This document shows, piece by piece, positions 1 through 9,974 of a stretch of 64,000 nucleotides of DNA; the stretch's first letter is position 1, and the number at the start of each line of letters is the position of its first letter. A program made the translations under genes and the position numbers. Origin of the DNA: Candidatus Omnitrophota bacterium (GTDB lineage: Bacteria; Ratteibacteria; UBA8468; B48-G9; DTJG01); contig JAMWBU010000001.1 in NCBI GenBank assembly GCA_023819255.1, positions 85,512 through 149,511 of the forward strand. The letters are read 5' to 3'. A model generated the notes under the pieces. That model was not told the origin of the DNA, did no database searches, and was given only the letters and a program-made list of their open reading frames with translations.

Positions 1-2
1 TC

Positions 3-560
3 CCCGATTTATATTTAGCAAAAGCGAATCCTGTTATTCAGAAATCTGATAGATGGATTTCAATATTTCCGGGCGCATCTGAAAAAGTAAAATGCTGGCC
101 ATCTGAAAGATTTGCTGCAGTCGCAGACGCCCTTTATGAAATGGGGTATTCAATATTTCTTCTCGGAAGTGCGAGAGAAAGAGAATTACTGATTAAAGTC
201 AGAGAAAAAATGAAATACCCGGCGACTATTCCTGTTTTAATCGATGAAGAATTTGGCAGAAATCCTGTTTACGGTGTCTTATTCTGTTCAAAAAGCAGGC
301 TATGCATCAGCAATGAAAGCGGAGGAGTTCATTTCGCCGGGCTTGTCAATACTCCTATTGTTGGGATATATGGTTTGAAAAGCCCGGTCAAATGGGGACC
401 TTTGAGCAAAAATAGCATTGCTCTTTATAAAGAGTTGAATTGTTCTCCCTGTAAGATGCGCAAGGCAAATATCAGCTGTCCAAATGACAGAAAATGCCTG
501 CTTGATATTTCCGTTAACGAAGTTATTGAAGCATGCAAAATGTGTCTGGGTGAAATGTGA
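3..560 (+). CDS. glycosyltransferase family 9 (heptosyltransferase-like), 5' end outside window
   Basis: The frame of ORF 141..560 stays open back to nt 3 (PDLYLAKANPVIQKSDRWISIFPGASEKVKCWPSERF...). It has the GT9 C-terminal-domain pattern: PGAS..K.WP, then NESGGVHFAGLVNTPIVGIYG, then a Cys-rich tail. Confidence 0.75.
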   Translation, partial: PDLYLAKANPVIQKSDRWISIFPGASEKVKCWPSERFAAVADALYEMGYSIFLLGSARERELLIKVREKMKYPATIPVLIDEEFGRNPVYGVLFCSKSRLCISNESGGVHFAGLVNTPIVGIYGLKSPVKWGPLSKNSIALYKELNCSPCKMRKANISCPNDRKCLLDISVNEVIEACKMCLGEM

Positions 561-1813
561 GAAATTTAATTCTGATTGCATACTCTTTTCCGCCTGACAG
601 AAACATTGGAGCGATCAGACCTCGAGGTATTGCAAAATACCTGCCTTACTATGGTTGGAATGTTTTTGTTATCACGCCCCTTGGTTTTTTACCAAGAGAT
701 TCACTGTATAATGTCATTGAGACATATCCGACATTTAGAATAAGATTGGGATACTGGAAAAGAAGGCAGAATCTGGATTATAGAAGAGTTGTTTATCAAC
801 CATCGATAAAAACCCGGCTTGTTTCAAATTTTTTTGAAATTGTTCCTTTCCCTGATACAAAAAGTGGCTGGATATTTCATGCGGTTTTTACTGCAATACA
901 GATAATAAAAAGAAACAGGATTGATGCGATAATCAGCACATACAGTCCGGCAAGCAGCCATTTTATCGGTCATAAACTGAAAAAATTGTTTCCTGATCTT
1001 ATCTGGATTGCGGATTTTAGAGATCTATGGTCCCATAATCACTTTCGTAAGCGAAGCAGATTGTCACTTTTCCTGTTCGAGCAGATTGAAAAAAAAGTTT
1101 TATCAAATGCAGATTTTCTTACGACAGTTTCCGACCCTCTTGCTCAAAAACTAAAAAGACTACATAAGAGAGATTGTATTACGATACCCAATGGCTTCGA
1201 TCCTGAAGAATATGAATTTAGGGTCGATCTGGACAAAAAATTTTCAATCACATATACAGGTAGTCTTTATGATCAAATGAATCCCGAAATTCTTTTCTCC
1301 GTTATAAGGAAAATGTTGTCTGAAGATGATTGCTTACATCAGAGTATGGAGGTGAATTTTTATACCAGGTATAATCCAATGCTTGAAAAACTGACGAAAA
1401 AATACGGTATTGAAAATATAATTAAACAAAGAGGAATAGTGCCGAGGGAAGAGATCTTAAGAAAACAGAAATCTTCACAGATATTGTTGCTTATAACTCC
1501 TCTGGAAAAAGGGGTGTATACGGGGAAATTATTTGAGTATCTTGGTGCCAGAAGACCTGTTCTGGGCCTTGGATATAGAGATAGTGTCGTGAAAAACCTT
1601 CTTGAAGAAACAAATGCAGGGTTTTACTTCCATGATGAAAATCAGCTGTTTCAACAGTTAAAAAAATGGTATATTGAATGGCAAAAGACAGGTTTTGTTA
1701 AATATACAGGTGAAGATAGAAAGGTTGAACAATACTGTCAGAAAAAGATGGCAGAAAAATTTGCGCTATTATTGGAACACAAGCTTAGTACCTGCCATTT
1801 TTATTCGCAATAA
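557..1813 (+). CDS. glycosyltransferase, GT-B fold (GT4-like)
   Basis: 418-aa ORF with a GTG start that overlaps the upstream stop (GTGA at 557-560). The N-terminus MRNLILIAYSFPPDRNIGAIRPRG and the overall two-domain layout resemble GT4-type enzymes. The family call is by resemblance only. Confidence 0.5.
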   Translation: MRNLILIAYSFPPDRNIGAIRPRGIAKYLPYYGWNVFVITPLGFLPRDSLYNVIETYPTFRIRLGYWKRRQNLDYRRVVYQPSIKTRLVSNFFEIVPFPDTKSGWIFHAVFTAIQIIKRNRIDAIISTYSPASSHFIGHKLKKLFPDLIWIADFRDLWSHNHFRKRSRLSLFLFEQIEKKVLSNADFLTTVSDPLAQKLKRLHKRDCITIPNGFDPEEYEFRVDLDKKFSITYTGSLYDQMNPEILFSVIRKMLSEDDCLHQSMEVNFYTRYNPMLEKLTKKYGIENIIKQRGIVPREEILRKQKSSQILLLITPLEKGVYTGKLFEYLGARRPVLGLGYRDSVVKNLLEETNAGFYFHDENQLFQQLKKWYIEWQKTGFVKYTGEDRKVEQYCQKKMAEKFALLLEHKLSTCHFYSQ

Positions 1814-2846
1814 CTGTTGAATATATCCTTTTTAGTTCAACGGCCAGATTAACTGCATCATGATATTTTTCTACGTAATTCCTGCTTTTTTTTCCTATTT
1901 CATTTCTTTTTTCCCCGTCTGTGATCAGTTTTTCTAAAATCTGGACAAGGTTATCCTGATTTGCATTAATAATTGGGAGATCGGGTGGATAGATTGATAC
2001 AAGCGATGGTTTAATATAACACACCACAGGTTTTCCAAACGCCATAGCTTCCAGAGCTGCCATACCATGTGCTCCGATTACAAACTGGTCAAGAAAAATA
2101 TCGGAATGTCTTATAGCTTGAAGGGTATCCGCATGGGAAAGGTTTTGAATAAGACGAAATTCGAAACAATGGTTCTTTTTTAAGCGTTCAATTGCATTCA
2201 GTACAGAATGCGTACCCTTAAGTACAGGTTTAGTTGGAGTGTGCACTATTACAGGGCATTTTTTATCAGGTTCAGGATACGAAGGAATGTAATCCGAGAC
2301 CATAATTCTTTGCCGCAAAACATGGATTGTATTCCAGGTATCCTTTTTCAGATATTGTAACATGCATGGTGGAACCAGTACTTCGAAACCATGGTTTGCA
2401 AAAAATTTTTGCTTCCTCCATGATTTTATTAATTGCTTTGATGGAAATTCCGGGGAATGAAAAATTGTCCTGTAGTATGGGTTATCTTTTAGTTCTACTT
2501 CAGGGATTCTTATGTCTGAACCGAGCCATTCAATTAAAGCTGGTTTATTTAACAATTTCACCAGCCGTATATCCAACCACCAGGGCATTATAGAACTGCC
2601 GAAGTACCAATGAACAATATCCGCCCATCTTAGCATTTTGAGGAAAAAATATGAGAATACGATTTCTTCCAGTATTTTATTCACACCTTTTACCGGCTTG
2701 TTGGAGATTACCACCAATCCGTTTGATGATTGACAGTACGCCTGTTGCGCTACCAGTCCACGGGCATCTATTCCAATTTTTCTGAGTCCCTTTATAGTGT
2801 TTGATGGTATTGAAGCAACATTGACAGGCAAATGTAAAACTTTCAT
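1785..2846 (-). CDS. glycosyltransferase family 1/4
   Basis: 353-aa ORF whose C-terminal domain carries HGMAALEAMAFGKPVVCY, the typical GT1 E-x7-E region. It lies in the glycan locus, and its 3' end overlaps the convergent gene by 29 nt. Confidence 0.6.
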   Translation of the reverse strand: MKVLHLPVNVASIPSNTIKGLRKIGIDARGLVAQQAYCQSSNGLVVISNKPVKGVNKILEEIVFSYFFLKMLRWADIVHWYFGSSIMPWWLDIRLVKLLNKPALIEWLGSDIRIPEVELKDNPYYRTIFHSPEFPSKQLIKSWRKQKFFANHGFEVLVPPCMLQYLKKDTWNTIHVLRQRIMVSDYIPSYPEPDKKCPVIVHTPTKPVLKGTHSVLNAIERLKKNHCFEFRLIQNLSHADTLQAIRHSDIFLDQFVIGAHGMAALEAMAFGKPVVCYIKPSLVSIYPPDLPIINANQDNLVQILEKLITDGEKRNEIGKKSRNYVEKYHDAVNLAVELKRIYSTVIANKNGRY

Positions 2847-2852
2847 ATTGTT

Positions 2853-3383
2853 CTATCTGGTTCTGATTTTTCTTGCGGGAACCCCGGCCCATACCTCATA
2901 TTCAGGGACATTATGTGTCACAACAGAGCCCGCTCCAATGATTGCACCTCTGCCTATTTTAATCCCCGGCAAAATAATTGCGCCTGCGCCTATATCACAC
3001 CCGTCTTCTATTTCAACTTTTTCCAGCACGAGAGGCGTGTAATATACAGGTATGTTTCTATCAACGGCATCGTGTTGTGATGTCAGAATTATAACACCAG
3101 GTCCAATACCGACGCCCTTTCCGATAAACAGTCCTCCGGCGCTATGGAGAAAACACTGTTGTCCTATCCACGTATTATCCCCTATATCCATTGAATTTTT
3201 GTAATATCCTTTGAGGATTGTATTATGTCCAATGTATACATTGTTACCTATTTTGATGTTTTCTGGATGAAAGACAAGAACCCCCTTTTCAATTATCACA
3301 TTTTTGCCAATGCTTTTAAACTGTTGAATCTTGAATTTACCACTTCCATGACTCTTGTTTATCTTTTGTGAGTCAAATCTCAT
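2853..3383 (-). CDS. left-handed beta-helix (hexapeptide-repeat) sugar acetyltransferase
   Basis: Repeated [LIV]-G-x4 hexapeptides (IGNNVYIGHNTIL, IGKGVGIGPGVII, IGAGAIILPGIKIGRGAIIGAGSVV) end in WAGVPARKI. It overlaps the upstream aminotransferase gene by 11 nt. Confidence 0.8.
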   Translation of the reverse strand: MRFDSQKINKSHGSGKFKIQQFKSIGKNVIIEKGVLVFHPENIKIGNNVYIGHNTILKGYYKNSMDIGDNTWIGQQCFLHSAGGLFIGKGVGIGPGVIILTSQHDAVDRNIPVYYTPLVLEKVEIEDGCDIGAGAIILPGIKIGRGAIIGAGSVVTHNVPEYEVWAGVPARKIRTR

Positions 3384-4497
3384 TAAGCTGTTCCTTTAGG
3401 GTTTTAATTACAGTTGTTAAACTGGATTTTTTTAAGCCATTGAAAAAAGGAATTGCGAGACAATTATAATAAAGGTTTTGTGCATTTGGATAATCTGACG
3501 GTTTCAACCTGTATTTCTTTGAATAATATTCCAATAGATGGATCGCATAGGTTCCAATAGACACCTCGATGGGGGTTTTCTGGAATCTTTCTAAAAGAGA
3601 GAACGTGTTTTCTGCTTTTATCAACCTGATAACAAACGCCTGCCATGAGTTTGTACACCCATCCATGACTTCTTGAAATTTTATATATTTATTTTTTTTC
3701 AACTCGTTCATATAAAATTTTGCAATTTTTCGTCTTTGCTCAAGTAGTTTATTTATCTTTTTGATCTGAACTATGCCGACTGCAGCTTCAAATTCATTCA
3801 TTCGATAATTAAATCCCGGTGTGACGACATCAAATCTATCCCCTTTTTTCTTGATGCCATGGTTTCTAAGTAATCGAAACTTTTCAGCAAAGTTATCATT
3901 ATTTGTTGTTATGACTCCGCCTTCGGCCGTGGTTATAATTTTCCTGGGATGCAAGCTAAAACAGCCAATGTGTCCGATGGTACCACATTTTTTTCCTCTG
4001 AAGGTAGAGCCAAGAGCACCCGCAGAATCTTCTATCACATAAAGGTCATATTTCCTGGCAATTTTCATAATTTCTTCCATACAGGCAGGGTTGCCGAACA
4101 AATGGACAGGAATGATAGCTCTGGTTTTATCACTGATAAATTTTTCCAATGCTTTTGTGTCAATATTGTAAGTATCAATATTCACATCCACCAGGACTGG
4201 TTTTGCACCTGTTAGTTCGACTACATTTGCAGTTGCTGGAAAAGTATATGCAGGAATTATTATCTCATCACCTGGTTTTATTCCAATGGTAAGTAAGGCA
4301 ATATGTAAAGCGGCAGTACCAGAACTCACAGCTACTGCGTGTTTGACTTCAAGGTATTCTGCGAACTGTTTTTCGAAAAGCGTAACATACTTTACTTGGA
4401 CAAAAAATCCACTTTTCAATATTTCCCTGAAAAGGTTGAACAGTTTCTTCTTATCGTTTATCAGCGGTTTTGAGAGCCTTATTTTTTCCACTATCAT
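3373..4497 (-). CDS. DegT/DnrJ/EryC1/StrS-family PLP-dependent sugar aminotransferase
   Basis: 374 aa carrying SGTAALHIAL, the motif DSAGALGS and CFSLHPRKIITTAEGG (the PLP-lysine region typical of the family). There is an ATGA overlap with the upstream SDR gene. Confidence 0.85.
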   Translation of the reverse strand: MIVEKIRLSKPLINDKKKLFNLFREILKSGFFVQVKYVTLFEKQFAEYLEVKHAVAVSSGTAALHIALLTIGIKPGDEIIIPAYTFPATANVVELTGAKPVLVDVNIDTYNIDTKALEKFISDKTRAIIPVHLFGNPACMEEIMKIARKYDLYVIEDSAGALGSTFRGKKCGTIGHIGCFSLHPRKIITTAEGGVITTNNDNFAEKFRLLRNHGIKKKGDRFDVVTPGFNYRMNEFEAAVGIVQIKKINKLLEQRRKIAKFYMNELKKNKYIKFQEVMDGCTNSWQAFVIRLIKAENTFSLLERFQKTPIEVSIGTYAIHLLEYYSKKYRLKPSDYPNAQNLYYNCLAIPFFNGLKKSSLTTVIKTLKEQLNEI

Positions 4498-5459
4498 ATT
4501 TTTCTTCTGTACCAGTTGATTGTTCTTTTGAGGCCTTCATTAAGGTCTACTTCTGGGATAAAACCCAACTTTTCTTTTGCCTTGTTTATGCTTGGGATTC
4601 TCAATTCCACATCCACATACGGACAAGGAACATGGATAATCTCAGAAGAAGAATTAGATAGTTGAATAATTTTTTCTGCAAGGGAAAGGATGGTAATAGT
4701 TCCTTTTGGGTTTCCGATGTTAAATGTTTCTCCTGAGGCTGATTCTTTTTCAATGCATAAAAGTATTCCTTTAACCATATCATCTATATAACACCATGAT
4801 CTTATTTGATCTCCTTCACCATGAATCATAAGTGGTTCATTCTTGACTGCGCGAACAACAAAATGATGAATTGCACCTTCACCAACCTGCCCTGGGCCGT
4901 ATATGTTAAAAGGTCTTACCGTCACAGTTTTAAGTCCGAATTGTTTGAAATAGCTATAAGTTAAATGTTCTGCAGCAAGTTTGCTAACCGCGTATGTCCA
5001 TCTTCCTTCACCAACGGGTTGTAGATTTGTGGTTGATTTTTCTTCTACTCTGAAAGCATTGATACCGAAAACTTCGCTTGTTGAAAAATTTACAAATTTT
5101 TCAATCCTGTTGATGAGTTCCAGTTCCTTAATGGCTTTTAAGATATTGAATGTTCCGATCATATTTATTTCCATGGTTCTTGCAGGATTTTTTATTACAT
5201 TGTCGACCCCGGCTATCGCTGCCATATGCAATACGAAATCGACATCACGAGGAATGTGTTTTTTCAGGTGTTCGAAATCAAGGATATCTCCATGGACAAT
5301 CTCTAAATTGGGATGGTTTTCTATATTAAAATTTTTTAAAGCATTTCTGGAAAGGTTGTCATAAACAACTATTCTATTGTTTTCGATAATCTTTGCGGCT
5401 GTGTGTGAACCGATGAAACCAGCTCCACCAGTAATAAAAAATTTTTTATTTGCAAGCAT
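4494..5459 (-). CDS. NAD-dependent nucleotide-sugar epimerase/dehydratase (extended SDR)
   Basis: Rossmann motif FITGGAGFIGSH and catalytic YAVSK. I moved the start to the ATG at 5459 (MLANKKFFITGG) because GGAGG lies 7 nt upstream. The longer track ORF (to 5525) has no such signal. Confidence 0.85.
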   Translation of the reverse strand: MLANKKFFITGGAGFIGSHTAAKIIENNRIVVYDNLSRNALKNFNIENHPNLEIVHGDILDFEHLKKHIPRDVDFVLHMAAIAGVDNVIKNPARTMEINMIGTFNILKAIKELELINRIEKFVNFSTSEVFGINAFRVEEKSTTNLQPVGEGRWTYAVSKLAAEHLTYSYFKQFGLKTVTVRPFNIYGPGQVGEGAIHHFVVRAVKNEPLMIHGEGDQIRSWCYIDDMVKGILLCIEKESASGETFNIGNPKGTITILSLAEKIIQLSNSSSEIIHVPCPYVDVELRIPSINKAKEKLGFIPEVDLNEGLKRTINWYRRKI

Positions 5460-5521
5460 AATCGAACCTCCATAGAATCTCTGTTGTATGAAAATTATAT
5501 TGCCACAATGACAAATGTTTT

Positions 5522-6664
5522 TCAAATTTTCCGGAAAAATTCTTTAATTGTTTCTATGACATAATCCTGCTCTTCAATCGTCATCAATGGCTCGATCGGC
5601 AGGCTTAGAACTTCTTTTGATGCTTTTTCGGCTTCGACAAGGGGTTCTGGCACCTTTGCCCTATTTTCGAAAACCTGCATTTGATGGAGACAGAAAGGAT
5701 AATAAACCATCGTTGCTATTGACCGTTGTTTTAAGAATGTTTGAAGCTCGTTTCTTCTTCCGTTTTTTATTCTGATTGTGTATTGATGAAATACAGCACC
5801 TTCCACTATGGATGGGGGCTGAATTTCTTCAATTTCCGAAAGCCCTTCATTATATCTTTTCGCTATCTTAATTCTTCTGTTATTAAATTCTTCGACATAT
5901 TTGAACTTTGCAAGCAGAATTGACGCCTGAATCGTGTCCAGTCGAGCGTTATAGCCAATGTGTTGCACATTGTATTTGTCTTTGCCTCCGTGTTTTATAA
6001 GGGACGTTGTTATTTCTGCGATTTCATCGTCGTTTGTGGAGACCATTCCGCCATCTCCAAAGCACCCAAGATTTTTGCTCGGGAAAAAACTGAATGCTCC
6101 GGCGTTTCCGATGCTGCCAAGCATTTTATTTTTCCATTTTCCACCAAATGCTTGAGCAACGTCTTCAAGAATAAAGAGATTATATTTTTTAGCAATTTCA
6201 CCTATTGCTTCCATATCGCAGGGTGTTCCATAAAGATGCACAGGTATAATCCCTTTTGCCTTATTTGCAGAGCCGCATTTTAGATATTTCAATATTGCAT
6301 CCGGATTGATGTTGAATGAAACCGGATCTATATCAATAAATATAGGAGTTGCTCCAGATCTTACTATAGCATCTGCCGTTGCAGTAAAGGTAAAAGGTGT
6401 AGTGATAATTTCGTCTTCTGATGAAAAAAATTCACTGCCACTTTTGATGGCAAATGCACGCAGTGCTAGAACAATAGCTTCGGTTCCTGAACAACAGCCA
6501 GCACAGTTTTTCACTTCAAGAAATTCTCTGATTTTCTCCTCAAGCTGTTTAACCTCCGGGCCCATAATCCATAACTGGTGCTCAAGACAGTTTTTTATTG
6601 CAGTGTCTATGTCACTCTTCATATACTGGTATTGTCTTTTTAGATCAAGCATCTGAATGTTCAT
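5522..6664 (-). CDS. DegT-family aminotransferase, WbpE/WlbC-like (3-aminotransferase of a 2,3-diacetamido sugar pathway)
   Basis: 380 aa carrying DVAQAFG and SFFPSKNLGCFGDGG, the DegT family signature. It is operonic with WbpD-like and WbpB-like genes. Confidence 0.8.
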   Translation of the reverse strand: MNIQMLDLKRQYQYMKSDIDTAIKNCLEHQLWIMGPEVKQLEEKIREFLEVKNCAGCCSGTEAIVLALRAFAIKSGSEFFSSEDEIITTPFTFTATADAIVRSGATPIFIDIDPVSFNINPDAILKYLKCGSANKAKGIIPVHLYGTPCDMEAIGEIAKKYNLFILEDVAQAFGGKWKNKMLGSIGNAGAFSFFPSKNLGCFGDGGMVSTNDDEIAEITTSLIKHGGKDKYNVQHIGYNARLDTIQASILLAKFKYVEEFNNRRIKIAKRYNEGLSEIEEIQPPSIVEGAVFHQYTIRIKNGRRNELQTFLKQRSIATMVYYPFCLHQMQVFENRAKVPEPLVEAEKASKEVLSLPIEPLMTIEEQDYVIETIKEFFRKI

Positions 6665-7251
6665 TATGTCTCCTGTTTTTCAATAATCGGCTTAAATTGA
6701 CCTTCGGTTTCAACATAGATGTTTCCGCAGGTTTTACACACAAGTTTTGAGCTTTCATTTTTTAAAGCGGATCCGCATTTGCAAACCCAGCCGAGTTGTC
6801 TTGCCGGCACACCGACAACCAGCGCGTAATCCGGAACATTTTTTGTGACAACCGCACCTGCTCCAACAAGGGCATATTTACCAATTGTGTTTCCACATAT
6901 AATTGTGGCATTTGCTCCGATTGTGGCTCCCTTTTTCACCACAGTCAATTTGAATTCATTTTTTCTTTCTATAAAAGCTCTGGGGTTTATTACATTGGTG
7001 AAAACACATGATGGGCCGCAAAATACATCATCTTCAAGAGTTACGCCCATATAGATGGAAACATTGTTCTGAATCTTACAATTGTTCCCTATGGTTACTG
7101 AAGGACCCACCATTACATTCTGTCCTAATACACAATTTTCGCCAATTTTTGTGTTTGAGAGAATATGACAGAAGTGCCATATCTTTGTACCTTTACCAAT
7201 TACAACATTGTCGTCAACAAAAGATGAATGATGTACAAAATAATCGCTCAT
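6664..7251 (-). CDS. WbpD/WlbB-like UDP-2-acetamido-3-amino-2,3-dideoxy-sugar N-acetyltransferase (LbH)
   Basis: Very close by eye to Bordetella WlbB: [86 protein letters not shown]. Confidence 0.85.
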   Translation of the reverse strand: MSDYFVHHSSFVDDNVVIGKGTKIWHFCHILSNTKIGENCVLGQNVMVGPSVTIGNNCKIQNNVSIYMGVTLEDDVFCGPSCVFTNVINPRAFIERKNEFKLTVVKKGATIGANATIICGNTIGKYALVGAGAVVTKNVPDYALVVGVPARQLGWVCKCGSALKNESSKLVCKTCGNIYVETEGQFKPIIEKQET

Positions 7252-8249
7252 CTGCCCTCCCTTAAAGATTTTTCAGCCATATCGAGAACTCTTAAGACAT
7301 TCAAACCTTCCCGACCATCAGTAAGCGGTTTTTCTTTTTTCACGATACAATTCAAAAAATGTTTTGCTTCTTCTTTAAGCGGTTCAAATTTTTCAACGGG
7401 AATTGACTGCGCTTTTGCTTTTTCTATTTCAGGTACTTCCCTGTGGTTCCATAAGATTTTATGATTGTACAGAACAAGCTTGTTTTCTGGTTCTGTGTCA
7501 TCAAATACGGCCATTTTTTTCTCACCCACAACCACGAATTTCTGTTCTTTGAAAGGATTTAACCATGAAACAAAAACATGGGCTTTTATTTTTCCGGGAA
7601 ATGTGAGAAATGTGAGTGTAACATCTTCGACATCATGGGGAAGAAAAATTCCGCCATGGGCTGCAACCCTGATGGGCAGATTCTTTGTCAAGGAAAGAAT
7701 TAATGAGATGTCGTGAGGAGCAAAACTCCACAGTATATTTTCTTCATGCCTGATCCTGCCGATATTTGTCCTGCTGGAATACATATAAAGAATATCGCCA
7801 AGTTCACCCTGATTTACCATCTGTTTGAGTTTTATTACTGCCGGGTGATAATGAAGGATATGCCCCACCATCAGTACGAGATTTTTTTTCTCTGATAACT
7901 CAACAAGTTTTTCTCCCTGTTTTTCTGTCAGAGCCAGTGGTTTCTCGCAGAAAACAGATTTCCCGTTTTCAAGAGCAATACTTACAAGTTCGTAGTGTGT
8001 TGACGCAGGAGTTGCAATAATAACGGCATCAATATCGGTTTTGCATATAATGTCCTGTGCCCTGCTGGTGCAAAAAAAATCCTGGTGCTTCTGCTTATAA
8101 TCTTCCATTAAGGTTTCATTCATATCGCATATTGCTTTAAGAGCGCCAAGTTCATTGAAAACTCTTATCAGGTTTTTTCCCCAGTATCCACCGCCAATGA
8201 CTCCCACTGTGGGTTCTTTCAATTTTCTTTCTTCACTGTTTTTATCCAT
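7248..8249 (-). CDS. Gfo/Idh/MocA-family oxidoreductase, nucleotide-sugar 3-dehydrogenase-like (WbpB/WlbA/GnnA role)
   Basis: N-terminal Rossmann motif [17 protein letters not shown] motif (CEKPLALT), and context next to the N-acetyltransferase and aminotransferase. The start is uncertain: the ATG at 8249 overlaps the upstream gene by 31 nt, and a GTG at 8207 is an alternative. Confidence 0.75.
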   Translation of the reverse strand: MDKNSEERKLKEPTVGVIGGGYWGKNLIRVFNELGALKAICDMNETLMEDYKQKHQDFFCTSRAQDIICKTDIDAVIIATPASTHYELVSIALENGKSVFCEKPLALTEKQGEKLVELSEKKNLVLMVGHILHYHPAVIKLKQMVNQGELGDILYMYSSRTNIGRIRHEENILWSFAPHDISLILSLTKNLPIRVAAHGGIFLPHDVEDVTLTFLTFPGKIKAHVFVSWLNPFKEQKFVVVGEKKMAVFDDTEPENKLVLYNHKILWNHREVPEIEKAKAQSIPVEKFEPLKEEAKHFLNCIVKKEKPLTDGREGLNVLRVLDMAEKSLREGR

Positions 8250-8974
8250 TTTTCAACCCTTTTAAATTCTGCGATTGTATTTATGTCGCAACTTTCTTCT
8301 GGCGGGATCTCAACAAGGTTAATCTTGAGGCCATCTTTCAAATATTCAGCATAAACATCTGTTAAATAGTATTCACCAGAGGCGTTATTGTTGGTAATTT
8401 TTCTCAATTCTCTGTATATTGATTCTGATTCGCACACGATAAATCCTGCGTTCACTTCGTTTATTTTAAGAATTTCTTCATCAGCGTCTTTTGCCTCCAC
8501 TACTTTTGAAAACCTGCCGTTTATTCTTATTATTCTTCCTTTGCTTCCGGGATTGGCAAGAATTGCAGTAGCTACAGTTATGTCAGCATTATTTTTGATG
8601 TGAGAATCAATCAGATTTTTTAATGTTTTTGTCGTAATCAAAGGTTTATCAGCATAAGATACAAGGATTGTGGTTTGAGTTTTTTCAAATATGTAATCTG
8701 TGCAGAGCAATGCATGACCGGTTCCGAGAGGTTTGTGTTGTATGGCATATTCAATGAATGAGAAATTTATAAGTGTTTGTTTGATTTCGGAATTTTCAGG
8801 ACCTGTCAAAATTACAATTCTGTCTACCACAGGTTGAATCGCCTCGATAATTATTGTTATCAAGGGTTTTCCCTGGTAGTGAATAAGAAACTTATGTTTA
8901 TTCAAACCATATCTGGAACTTTTTCCACCTGCAAGCACTATGCCGGCTATTTTTTTCATTGTTAAATTATACAT
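8219..8974 (-). CDS. sugar-phosphate nucleotidyltransferase (GlmU N-terminal-domain-like, no acetyltransferase domain)
   Basis: IVLAGGKSSRYG (the NTP-transferase G-loop), KPLGTGHAL and YADKPLI. At 251 aa it lacks the LbH C-terminal half of GlmU. The ATG at 8959 (MKKIAGIVLAGG) is an alternative start. Confidence 0.7.
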   Translation of the reverse strand: MYNLTMKKIAGIVLAGGKSSRYGLNKHKFLIHYQGKPLITIIIEAIQPVVDRIVILTGPENSEIKQTLINFSFIEYAIQHKPLGTGHALLCTDYIFEKTQTTILVSYADKPLITTKTLKNLIDSHIKNNADITVATAILANPGSKGRIIRINGRFSKVVEAKDADEEILKINEVNAGFIVCESESIYRELRKITNNNASGEYYLTDVYAEYLKDGLKINLVEIPPEESCDINTIAEFKRVEKWIKTVKKEN

Positions 8975-8982
8975 TTTATGCG

Positions 8983-9969
8983 CTATTTTTCAATTTCTAT
9001 AGCATCGATTATTCTGTTTGATGAGATTTGTTTCATGCAGGAAATATGAGAACATTTTTTTTTATAACATGATATGCAATCAATTTTTGCCTGTATTGCT
9101 ATAACCCGAGCCGGGCAATGCAAAAGCGGGTCTGTTGGTCCAAAAATGGCGATAGTTCTAGTTCCGACGGCTGCGCCGATGTGCATGGGCCCACTGTCAG
9201 TGGTTATAAGCATTGCAGCATTTTCTAAAAGTAAAGATAGCTGAAAAAAGTCCGTTTTTCCTGAAAGGTCAACAGTTTTCCCATTTATTGATTGTGCAAT
9301 TTTTTCGTTAAGTTTTTTAGAATATTCATCGCCTATCAAAACGATCTGTAAACCTTTTTTTATAAAAAAATTTCCAAGCGCAATCCAGTTTTCACTTATC
9401 CATAGTTTTGTTTTCCATTCAGCAGAGGCTGAAGGGTGAAAAACAACATAATTTTTTCTTTTCAGCCCGTACCTGTTAAGATATTTATGGAATTCTTTCT
9501 TTTTTTCCTCAGAAATCCATACCTGAAGCTTTCCACACACGATTTTTTTTGCAATTTTTCCCCAGAATAGCATCTGTGTATCAGCAGGATTGGCACCTGA
9601 GCCTTTTCTGGTACCACGAGTAAGAAACAGTTTTCCAGCAGGTTTTTTATAAAAGCCAATTCTTTTTCTTCCTCCAAAAAGGAAACAATAAAAATTTGTT
9701 TTTAAATTTCCCTGAAGGTCGAAGATGACATCAAACTCTTTTCGACGCAATGCTGGTATCAATTTCAAAAAATTCGGTATATCTATTTTTGAAGGAATGC
9801 AAAAAACTTTTTTTATAAGCGGGCAATCCCTGTATATTTCAGCGTATCTCTGGGTGGTTAAAAGATATATTTCACAATCAGGGAAAATGCTGGATGCAGC
9901 ATTTATTGAGATGGACATATAAATCATATCACCAAGAGCACCTGTCTTTAATAGAAGTATCCGTCTCAT
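8983..9969 (-). CDS. glycosyltransferase family 9 (heptosyltransferase-like)
   Basis: MRRILLLKTGALGDMI (the GT9 N-terminal motif), FHPSASAEWKTKLW, and TTDSGPMHIGAAVGTRTIAIFGPT. Confidence 0.85.
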   Translation of the reverse strand: MRRILLLKTGALGDMIYMSISINAASSIFPDCEIYLLTTQRYAEIYRDCPLIKKVFCIPSKIDIPNFLKLIPALRRKEFDVIFDLQGNLKTNFYCFLFGGRKRIGFYKKPAGKLFLTRGTRKGSGANPADTQMLFWGKIAKKIVCGKLQVWISEEKKKEFHKYLNRYGLKRKNYVVFHPSASAEWKTKLWISENWIALGNFFIKKGLQIVLIGDEYSKKLNEKIAQSINGKTVDLSGKTDFFQLSLLLENAAMLITTDSGPMHIGAAVGTRTIAIFGPTDPLLHCPARVIAIQAKIDCISCYKKKCSHISCMKQISSNRIIDAIEIEK

Positions 9970-9974
9970 ATTTT

